IMG/VR virus record: IMGVR_UViG_3300009151_000087
Span: 1 to 56,017 of that record
DNA length: 56,017 nt
Origin: a virus
Lineage: Duplodnaviria > Caudoviricetes
Reading direction: 5' to 3' (one strand)
In this document: one piece after another, positions 47,860 through 56,017 of the stretch
Layout of the letters: every line of letters begins with the position of its first letter
How positions within the stretch are numbered: the first letter of the stretch is position 1
Made by a program: the position numbers and the translations under genes
Notes under the pieces: model-generated
What the model was told of the DNA's origin: nothing
The model's input: only the letters and a program-made list of their open reading frames with translations
Databases searched by the model: none

Positions 47860-49032
47860 ATGACAAATTTGAATTTTCCTACCCCGGCGTACAATTTACA
47901 ACTCTACAGTATAGGAAGTAGAACCTACAGATATAGCACAGGAACTAATTCTTGGGCGATATTCACCAATGACTCTCAAATAGTAACAAATTTTACCTCC
48001 ACCTTTACAACAGTTAATGGTACTGCTACTTCTACATCAACTGTTACTGGATCATTAACAGTTGTTGGCGGTGTTGGTATTGGCGGCGCCGTCAATATTG
48101 GAAGTACTAGTACTATAGGCGGCGCACAGATCATAACCACTAGCACACTTGATAGTTTTGCTAGAAAAATATTACTCTACGCAGGAACAGATACTGCTAT
48201 ATTTACTACCGTTACTAGCACTAGTACAAGTTATACTATTTCAAATACCAGCACACTTCAAACTGTAACCGATAGAGGCAACACCACAACCAATAGTATA
48301 CGAATATTAAACACTGCCAATTCAACTAGTACTGTCACAGGTGCGTTAACTGTAGCAGGCGGAGTAGGAATTAGTAAGGATCTATATGTTGGTGGCATGG
48401 TTAACATTGCAAATACCGGCACCATGGTAGGAGCAGAAATTATTACCACTGCTACTTACAGACCTCTTTTCGCAGCCGGTACTGATATCAAAATCCAAAA
48501 TAATACACTGACCAATTCTTTGGTATTTTCTAATACATCTACCTTACAATCAGTTACTGATAGAGGTACAACCACCACTAACATAGTGAATTTTACTAAT
48601 ACTACCAATTCTACCAGCACTACCACAGGCGCAGTGATCATTGCTGGCGGCTTAGGAGTAGGAGGACGCATCAATTCTGAGAGCCTACAGATAGCAGATG
48701 CTATCCTGGATTCTACACAGATTTCAATAAATACAACGAACACTACAGAAATTGATAGGTATCCAGCAGATCAATATAGGACTGCCAAATACCTAATTCA
48801 AGTTGATGAAGGAATGGGAGCAGGAGCAGAATTTGAAGCTGTTGAAATTATGTTAATAGTAAACAATAATCAACAGGTTTTTGCTACAGAATACGGAGCA
48901 GTAAGGTCGGCGGGCGACTTAGGAGATTTTGCTGCAGATGTACAGAATGATAATTTTGTTAGATTGTATTACACAGCGTTTAATCCAACTAGTAAACTAA
49001 TAAAAGTATTAAGGACAGCAATGACAGTATAG
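47860..49032 (+). CDS. Tail fibre-like protein
   Basis: Three STSTxTG(A/S)xxxxGGxG repeats; internal duplication SNTSTLQxVTDRGxTTTN; C-terminal YRTAKYLIQV domain. Confidence 0.72.
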   Translation: MTNLNFPTPAYNLQLYSIGSRTYRYSTGTNSWAIFTNDSQIVTNFTSTFTTVNGTATSTSTVTGSLTVVGGVGIGGAVNIGSTSTIGGAQIITTSTLDSFARKILLYAGTDTAIFTTVTSTSTSYTISNTSTLQTVTDRGNTTTNSIRILNTANSTSTVTGALTVAGGVGISKDLYVGGMVNIANTGTMVGAEIITTATYRPLFAAGTDIKIQNNTLTNSLVFSNTSTLQSVTDRGTTTTNIVNFTNTTNSTSTTTGAVIIAGGLGVGGRINSESLQIADAILDSTQISINTTNTTEIDRYPADQYRTAKYLIQVDEGMGAGAEFEAVEIMLIVNNNQQVFATEYGAVRSAGDLGDFAADVQNDNFVRLYYTAFNPTSKLIKVLRTAMTV

Positions 49033-49061
49033 AGTAGGCAGTACAAAAGGAACACACTAAA

Positions 49062-52000
49062 ATGGCACTAACATCATTTACCCAAGATTTTATTTTAAAA
49101 TCTGGGTTGGCAGTTGAGGGAACTATCGCAGTTACCAGTTCAACGGGACAAACCGGAACGGTACAGATCATGGGCGGTGCTGCAATCGCTCAAAATTTAA
49201 TAGTAGGCTCTACTGCTAGTGTTTACGGTCCAACACAATTACAAAATACATTAAATGTAGCAGGTCAAAGCACATTAGCTCAATTAACCGCTACAATCAC
49301 AACAGTCACACAATTGACTGTAATGAACGACCAAGTCGTATATGGTAATCTTAATGTAACAGGAACCACTCATTTATACAGCACACTAGCGGTTGACGGT
49401 AATACACAATTTCGCGGAGCATTAAACACTTTCAGCGGTGCCTTAATTGTTACTGGTACAAATACTTTCACAGTAGGATCAGGAGCATCTGATTTTGGTG
49501 GCACAGTTGACATTGGCGGTGTTGCTCACCTAAACAATACTGCACTAGCAGATACAAGTAAAAATGGTTCTCTAGTAGTTGCCGGCGGCGTATATATTGA
49601 CAAAAATCTCGTAGTTGCCAGTACCTCTAGCAATACTGGAACTAGTAGTCAAAATGCTTTGTTTGTTGCTGGCGGATTATGGGTTGACAAGAATTTAACC
49701 GTATCGGGACCAGCTGTATTCAGCAACACAGTAGTATTCAACGGTACTGCTACTTATGTTTACAGTACCAATACATACTACACAGATAATATCATAGAAA
49801 TACATACCCCTCCGGGTGGCGTAGGTTCTCAATGGCCCGGCGGCGACGGCAAAGATGTTGGATTTAGATTCCATCATTTTGCCAATAATACAGATACAAA
49901 TTCTGCGCTGGTATTGGCCTATGATACGAAATATTTAGAATGGTACGGATCCGGCGCAGAATCAAACACAGGTACATTCGCAGGAGCTACCTACGGCGCA
50001 TTTAAAACCGGATACATACAACTTACCGGTGTAACCACAGCAACCAGTACAACCACAGGTGCCCTACAGGTAGCAGGTGGTATCTCGGCTAGTAATATAT
50101 ATGCCGATGGAGAAGTTAGAAGTAATACATTAAAAGCCGCTAATTTAAGTGGCAACAACTTTGGTATCGTATACTCTGATCCAACTGGATTATTGGTAAA
50201 TGCTAGCAATGTAACATATAGCACAACTCTACAATATCTTACAGGTAGAATTGAATACGCTAATACTGCTACCAATGTAGCAGGCGGTGCGGCAGGTAGT
50301 TTATTGGTACAAACCAGCACAGGTGTTACTTATTCGCTGCCTATTGGCAACGAAGGTGCTGTACTACTTGTAAAAAATAGTTTACCTTATTGGCAAGATC
50401 AATATGCGCCGGACTACGCCAATACTGCAACCAATATCAAGTCAGGTCTGGCCAATCAAATTCCTTATCAAACTGCTCCTGGTGTCACTGGATTCAGTAA
50501 CAGTTTGGTGTTTAATGGAACTACATTTACTACTACCAACATAGTATTAACAGGCAGTACCAATGCTACTAATACTTACTCTGGAACTTTACAAGTAGCA
50601 GGTGGCGCAGCAATTGGTCAAGACTTATATGTAGGCGGCAGCATCTATGTAGGCGGCAACGTATTCTTAGATGGTGTTGGACTAGATACCGTACAAGGAA
50701 CCACCGCTACATTTGTCAATATCAATGTTACGGGAACCAATTACGCATTGACAGTTACTAATGGTATCTATGTTGGTACCACAGTAACAACTGACATGAT
50801 GATTGTACGCAGTACTGTTGAAAGTACAAGTACCACAGCAAGTAACGCATTGTATGTCAAAGGCGGACTAGGTGTAGATGGTACTGCTTTCTTTGGTGGC
50901 AGTATCAAAGTTGGAAACAACATTATAGGTACCAATCAAGTCAGTGGTATCACAGGTGTGTTCTTTGGCGATCAATACGGATTTGACGCCCTATATGCCG
51001 GAACTAATGACTATGTTCCGTTACCGTCGACTGTATTACAACTTACTGCCAATATCAACGATTACGCACAAAGTAATTTCCAAAATACCAACAACGGTGC
51101 CCGGGCCAGTACTGATTGGGTATTGACCAGCGCCGATGGCGCAAACTTTGCCAACTTTATTGACATGGGTATAACCAGTGGCAACTGGGATGGTACACAG
51201 TCCGGTAGTATTGGCACCGCAGTTGGTCCAAATGATGGCTATCTATATGTTCAAGGAACTACCAGTACTGTAGGCCAAGGTAACTTGTCAATTGGTGCAA
51301 GCTCAACTGGTAGTGTTATTCGATTCTTTGCCGGCGGAGTAGGTTCTCAATCTATAGTTGCAACTATTAATGCTCCAAATACTCAATCAACTTCTACCTC
51401 ATCGGGCGCTTTTGTATTAAAAGGCGGCGCGGGCATTAGTCAGAATTTATATGTTGGCGGAGACCTTTCTACTAATAAATTAAGAATTAGCAGTACTGAA
51501 AATAGTACCAGCACTTTATCGGGAGCACTGACAGTAGCAGGTGGTGTTGGTATCGCTGGTGCGTTATATGCTGGTGATATATATTCCAATGGCGCGCTAG
51601 TATCCGGCGGAGTCGTATCAAACTTTACTGCTACAACAGCCACAGTTACTACCAGTCTAACTGTTAACGGTAAGATAATTACCACACTGGTTACCAGCAC
51701 CACTTCGTTAGATTTATCATCAGATGTTGGTTATCCTGTACATATTAACGCTGCTGGGCATACCACAGAATTCTTAGCTGCTGGACAAATTAGACCATCT
51801 GGTGCTTTAATAGGTAGCAGTTACGATTCTAATGTAGTCGATGTCAGTAATGTTGGACCATTATTACTTAAAGGTACAGCATACGGTGCTAATATCATCA
51901 CATCGGATGATCACGCAACAGACAAATATACTTGGGGCTTTGGAAACGATGGTAAATTAACCGCTCCTGGAAATATTGAAGCACCGACGATAACAGTAAC

Positions 52001-52472
52001 CAGTAGTACCAACGCAACAAATACCACATCTGGCTCATTACAGGTCATTGGTGGTGTTGGAATTGGACTAGATCTAGTAGTAGGTAGTGCGGTACATATT
52101 GGAACTACAGCAACCGATGTTGTGATTCCTGCGGTATACAGTGGTAATAGTTTGTTGGCCAATTATACCAGCAATGTTATCACTACAAATAGTTCTCAGA
52201 ATCTTGATACATTCTTGACTGCTAATTATAGAACAGCCAAATATCTTGTTCAGATAGTCGATGGTGCTAAGATACATGTTCAAGAAATGCTATTATTCCA
52301 CAACGGAACCAATGTATACATGAACATATACGCCATATCAACCACTCAAGGCGAGATGGGAGAGTTTGATGCTGGCATCGTTGGTGGAAATACCATGACA
52401 CTATCATTTATTCCAAATTACACTCCAACTGCCATGGTTATTAAAGTAGCAAGGACTACACTCACGGCGTAA
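49062..52472 (+). CDS. Long tail fibre-like protein
   Basis: 1136 aa, T/G/S-rich, many GALxVAGGVGI-type repeats; C-terminal YRTAKYLVQI domain paralogous to ORF 47860. Confidence 0.75.
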   Translation: MALTSFTQDFILKSGLAVEGTIAVTSSTGQTGTVQIMGGAAIAQNLIVGSTASVYGPTQLQNTLNVAGQSTLAQLTATITTVTQLTVMNDQVVYGNLNVTGTTHLYSTLAVDGNTQFRGALNTFSGALIVTGTNTFTVGSGASDFGGTVDIGGVAHLNNTALADTSKNGSLVVAGGVYIDKNLVVASTSSNTGTSSQNALFVAGGLWVDKNLTVSGPAVFSNTVVFNGTATYVYSTNTYYTDNIIEIHTPPGGVGSQWPGGDGKDVGFRFHHFANNTDTNSALVLAYDTKYLEWYGSGAESNTGTFAGATYGAFKTGYIQLTGVTTATSTTTGALQVAGGISASNIYADGEVRSNTLKAANLSGNNFGIVYSDPTGLLVNASNVTYSTTLQYLTGRIEYANTATNVAGGAAGSLLVQTSTGVTYSLPIGNEGAVLLVKNSLPYWQDQYAPDYANTATNIKSGLANQIPYQTAPGVTGFSNSLVFNGTTFTTTNIVLTGSTNATNTYSGTLQVAGGAAIGQDLYVGGSIYVGGNVFLDGVGLDTVQGTTATFVNINVTGTNYALTVTNGIYVGTTVTTDMMIVRSTVESTSTTASNALYVKGGLGVDGTAFFGGSIKVGNNIIGTNQVSGITGVFFGDQYGFDALYAGTNDYVPLPSTVLQLTANINDYAQSNFQNTNNGARASTDWVLTSADGANFANFIDMGITSGNWDGTQSGSIGTAVGPNDGYLYVQGTTSTVGQGNLSIGASSTGSVIRFFAGGVGSQSIVATINAPNTQSTSTSSGAFVLKGGAGISQNLYVGGDLSTNKLRISSTENSTSTLSGALTVAGGVGIAGALYAGDIYSNGALVSGGVVSNFTATTATVTTSLTVNGKIITTLVTSTTSLDLSSDVGYPVHINAAGHTTEFLAAGQIRPSGALIGSSYDSNVVDVSNVGPLLLKGTAYGANIITSDDHATDKYTWGFGNDGKLTAPGNIEAPTITVTSSTNATNTTSGSLQVIGGVGIGLDLVVGSAVHIGTTATDVVIPAVYSGNSLLANYTSNVITTNSSQNLDTFLTANYRTAKYLVQIVDGAKIHVQEMLLFHNGTNVYMNIYAISTTQGEMGEFDAGIVGGNTMTLSFIPNYTPTAMVIKVARTTLTA

Positions 52473-52492
52473 TACACATACGCTTCTTACAC

Positions 52493-52525
52493 AAAATAGG
52501 GCTTGCGAGCCCTATTTTATTTTTT
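52493..52525 (+). terminator. Rho-independent terminator
   Basis: AAAATAGGGCT-TGCG-AGCCCTATTTT followed by ATTTTTT. Confidence 0.88.
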
Positions 52526-52528
52526 ACA

Positions 52529-52534
52529 TAAATA
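52529..52534 (+). promoter_or_regulatory. Late promoter motif (CA)TAAATA
   Basis: Right after the terminator, upstream of ORF 52570. Confidence 0.65.
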
Positions 52535-52569
52535 CATTGTCTTTAAGTGGAAAGGGAAGCTGAACGACA

Positions 52570-53442
52570 ATGGTTAATAATAGCGCTTTCAAGGTCAAAA
52601 ACGGCCTTGTAGTATCATCTACTGCGACAATTCTGTCGACTGCATCATCAATATCAACAGATACTGGTGCGGTAATTGTTGCGGGCGGCGTCGGCATCGG
52701 CGGCGATCTATATGTTGGTGGTAAAATTGTTGCGCAAGAATTAGACATTCAGTATACCACGGTCACTACCACTATCGTTGAAACAGACGATATAATCACC
52801 ACTTTTAATACCACAAGTTCTACTTCAACTACTACCGGAGCATTGGTTGTTGCCGGTGGTGTTGGCATCGGCGGAGATCTTTATGTTGGCGGACAAATTG
52901 TTGCCAACCAATTAACTATTCAATATACCACAGTAACTACTACCATAGTTGAAACTGATGATATAATCACTACTTTTAATACTACTACTTCAACTTCAAC
53001 CGATAGTGGTGCCTTGATAATAGCAGGCGGTGCCGGAATTGGCAGAGATGTCAACATAGGTGGCACGATTACTGCTGCCGGTACAGGAACTATCGGCGGA
53101 ATAATTCTTGGACAAGGAGGAATATTCCCACCAGTATTAGATGAGTTTGGAACTACGATACTTTATGATGGAGTTACCACTAGTACTGTGATATTTGCTG
53201 ATGGTACAGTACAAGGGGCTCGTGCTCCAGTTCAGTGGACCAACTCAAAATTTATTTCAGTTGCTACCTACTATAATATAGATCCAGCAATAGTATTCAA
53301 TCCAATTATCGCAGGAGGTTATGTTTATCCTGGTGATACATATTTTGATGATGGAAGTTTTGGTACAGAACCAAACCATTTATTTGTCATGGCAGACATT
53401 GGCGGCGGACAAATGCAGTTTGTTGATATAACACAGAAATAA
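52570..53442 (+). CDS. Short fibre-like protein with 57-aa tandem duplication
   Basis: FKVKNGL N-terminus; GAxxxAGGxGIG units start at 52666, 52837 and 53008 (171-nt period). Confidence 0.75.
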   Translation: MVNNSAFKVKNGLVVSSTATILSTASSISTDTGAVIVAGGVGIGGDLYVGGKIVAQELDIQYTTVTTTIVETDDIITTFNTTSSTSTTTGALVVAGGVGIGGDLYVGGQIVANQLTIQYTTVTTTIVETDDIITTFNTTTSTSTDSGALIIAGGAGIGRDVNIGGTITAAGTGTIGGIILGQGGIFPPVLDEFGTTILYDGVTTSTVIFADGTVQGARAPVQWTNSKFISVATYYNIDPAIVFNPIIAGGYVYPGDTYFDDGSFGTEPNHLFVMADIGGGQMQFVDITQK

Positions 53443-53445
53443 TAT

Positions 53446-56017
53446 ATGGCAATTTATTACAGTCCCTACCCAAATGTTGCTCAACCGATCACAACGGCTC
53501 CTTACAGCACCGCAACCAGCGATGTTTATGTCACCGCTCTAAGCGCCACTAAGAAACTGCAAAAAAGTATTGGACTTTCTTGGGCAGCTTATACTCCTAG
53601 TGCTGCTGACAATGGGTTAACTACTCCTTACATTCCAGGACTCAACACCAATGCGGCACCTACTATACCTACAGTATCTGCCACAGCTGGATCGCCTGCG
53701 ATCACCGTCACACAAAATCAAAATTTCACTGCTACTCCTATCACGGTATTTGGTGGATCTGCTGTGGCAACCAGCTACACCACCGCCGGTACTTTTGCTG
53801 GTTATACTACAAGTATTGATAAAGCATTGCCAGCAGGTGTTACATGGACATCGACCTTTGCTACGATCAAAACACAGAGTCCTTTAGATAACAAATATTA
53901 TACATATAATGCCGCTACCGTAACTGTTACTGGTACCCCTACTGCTGTTCTAGCTGCAACCAACTATACAATATCTTTTACCGATGCTAGTGGATCAACT
54001 GCTAATGCCACTTTTAGTTTAACAGTTAATAGTAATCAACTACCATTGGTTGTTTCGTCGTCTATAAGCGGTAGTAAGATACTTACACAAGGTGTGAGTT
54101 CTGGCATAGGCGGATTTGCCACAGTTTCTGCTAGCGGCGGATCTTCTCCATTAAAATATTCAGTATCGCCTGCTTTGCTATCTGGATTAACATTTAATAC
54201 CAGCACAGGTTACGTATCGGGCACACCAACTGTGGCATTGAATGCCACAACATTCACTGTTACTGTCACAGATAATAGTACCAGTCCTCAGACTGCTAGC
54301 GCAACATTTAGTATGGCTGTGTTGGCCAATATTCCTACTGCTACATTGGCTGTTCCTACCACCATACTAACACAAGGTATTAGTACAGGAATACCATTTA
54401 CCCCAGTTACTGGCACCGGCGGAACAGCACCATTAAGGTACGATGTTTCCCCATCACTACCTTCTGGATTGGCATTTAATACCAGCACCGGTGTTGTATC
54501 CGGTACTCCGTCGGTATCGTCTGCTGCTACCAACTATACTGTAGCTGTTACAGATAGTCTTCAACAATCTGCTAGTCAAACATTTAATCTTACAGTAAGA
54601 GCATTACAGATATTAACCTCTGTACAGACTCAGCCCAGCTATACTTTATATAGATCAGTAGCAGTTCCGTCATTTACACCAATAGTTGCCAATGGAGGTT
54701 ATGGCACGATAAGCTATTCATTAACTCCTACACTGCCGACGGGGTTGAGTTTTAGTAATAGTTCAGGATCTATTTCAGGAACACCAACTACCACATCGTC
54801 TACCGCTACCTATGTGGTAAGTCTTTCTGATCAAGCAGGACAAACATCAAGTGGAACATTTGCTCTTGGTGTTATATCAATTCCAATATCTGTCACACAG
54901 CAGGTTCCGTCTACATTACTGACTAAAAACGCAACATTTAATTCGTTTACTCCTGTCACAGCATCGGGTGGATACACACCTTACACATATGGAATCTCTC
55001 CATCGTTGCCCAGTGGTCTATCTTACAGTACATCTAATGGTTTAATAACCGGAACTCCTACTGCCACAAGTCCTGCCACATCGTATTTGGTAACAGTAAC
55101 AGACTCTGCTGCTCAAAGCGGAACCAGTTCTTTTAGTTTAACTGTTTTACAGCCAGCTGCTTTGGTTCTTACCAAGGTCATCAGCACACTAACTCTAGTA
55201 CAAGGTACGGCATCTACTCCGTTTACTCCTATTTCTGCCGCTGGCGGATATGGATCGCTGACATATAATATATCTCCAACATTAACCACTGGACTGTCAA
55301 TTGATCGCACCAACGGTCAGATATCTGGAACACCTAGCGCATATTCGATCAATACGACAACATATACAGTCACTGTATCTGATCAAGCAGCACAGAGCAG
55401 TAGTTCCACGTTCAACATGAATGTATTGACTCCTGTGTTCAGTGTGGCGTCAGCTGTTCCTTTAAGTAATTTAGTTACCGGAGTTGCGGTAACTGCTTTT
55501 ATTCCTGTAACAGCATCAGGAGGAGCAACACCTTACAGTTATGCGTTGAATACAGCACTATCAGCTGGATTATCATTTAGCACGTCCACTGGTCGCATAT
55601 CTGGTACACCTACAGTAGCAAATACATCAAGCTACGTAGTGACTATAACAGATGGCGTTGGACAATCAGGAACAGGATCATTTGCTCTCAGCATATCTCC
55701 TGTTACACCGCTATTGTTGACCACTGTAGTAACCAATACCACCTTGGTTAAATCTGTAGATTTAGCCAACTTTACTCCGGTATTGGCCTCGGGCGGATAT
55801 GGATCTATATCGCTGACAGTATATCCACCATTGTCTTCCGGATTAAATTTTAGTAATATTGGAAAAGTAACAGGTACACCTACTCAATCTTCAACACAGA
55901 CTGCCTATTTGGTACAAGGTATTGACAGTATTGGACAAACCAGTTCATCAACATTTTATCTAACTATAAACAATTCGGCATTGACCAGCACGGTGGTAGT
56001 TAGTATATCTACTCTGT
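53446..56017 (+). CDS. Virion surface protein with tandem putative Ig (He_PIG-like) domains, 3' end outside window
   Basis: ATG 53446 (MAIYYSPYPNVAQPITT), apparently open to the window end (>850 aa) and absent from the ORF track. At least 7 units of ~91 aa with GGxxP/GGYG...LPSGLxFxxxxGxISGTPT...YxVTVTD. Confidence 0.85.
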   Translation, partial: MAIYYSPYPNVAQPITTAPYSTATSDVYVTALSATKKLQKSIGLSWAAYTPSAADNGLTTPYIPGLNTNAAPTIPTVSATAGSPAITVTQNQNFTATPITVFGGSAVATSYTTAGTFAGYTTSIDKALPAGVTWTSTFATIKTQSPLDNKYYTYNAATVTVTGTPTAVLAATNYTISFTDASGSTANATFSLTVNSNQLPLVVSSSISGSKILTQGVSSGIGGFATVSASGGSSPLKYSVSPALLSGLTFNTSTGYVSGTPTVALNATTFTVTVTDNSTSPQTASATFSMAVLANIPTATLAVPTTILTQGISTGIPFTPVTGTGGTAPLRYDVSPSLPSGLAFNTSTGVVSGTPSVSSAATNYTVAVTDSLQQSASQTFNLTVRALQILTSVQTQPSYTLYRSVAVPSFTPIVANGGYGTISYSLTPTLPTGLSFSNSSGSISGTPTTTSSTATYVVSLSDQAGQTSSGTFALGVISIPISVTQQVPSTLLTKNATFNSFTPVTASGGYTPYTYGISPSLPSGLSYSTSNGLITGTPTATSPATSYLVTVTDSAAQSGTSSFSLTVLQPAALVLTKVISTLTLVQGTASTPFTPISAAGGYGSLTYNISPTLTTGLSIDRTNGQISGTPSAYSINTTTYTVTVSDQAAQSSSSTFNMNVLTPVFSVASAVPLSNLVTGVAVTAFIPVTASGGATPYSYALNTALSAGLSFSTSTGRISGTPTVANTSSYVVTITDGVGQSGTGSFALSISPVTPLLLTTVVTNTTLVKSVDLANFTPVLASGGYGSISLTVYPPLSSGLNFSNIGKVTGTPTQSSTQTAYLVQGIDSIGQTSSSTFYLTINNSALTSTVVVSISTL

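Overview
The window is part of a large lytic dsDNA phage of the T4 superfamily (myovirus); the standard genetic code fits throughout and nothing here identifies the host. Minus strand 1-20961 is a baseplate operon: a >3,200-aa protein missed by the ORF track, then gp6-, gp25-, gp5-, hub-, gp53- and tube-initiator-like genes. Plus strand 21067-25788 holds a gp55-type late sigma factor, gp47/gp46, two small basic DNA-binding proteins and a minimal GIY-YIG nuclease, followed by a ~430-nt highly structured non-coding region. Next come a gp26/gp51-like pair, a 1,418-aa tape measure protein with 14 x 120-bp repeats, the head module (gp20, core proteins, gp21, gp22, gp23) and a series of fibre/appendage genes running off the end. 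A TAAATA late-promoter motif precedes most structural transcription units. The three best leads are: (1) a 1,804-aa virion protein with five repeats that resemble phycobiliprotein (bilin-binding globin) domains and keep the C-x-R-D chromophore motif; (2) the catalytic-domain-only GIY-YIG nuclease abutting a large unclassified structured RNA; (3) a probable -1 ribosomal frameshift fusing the gp26-like and gp51-like ORFs, as in lambda G/GT. All family calls come from motif recognition by eye; no searches were run, so novelty is unverified.
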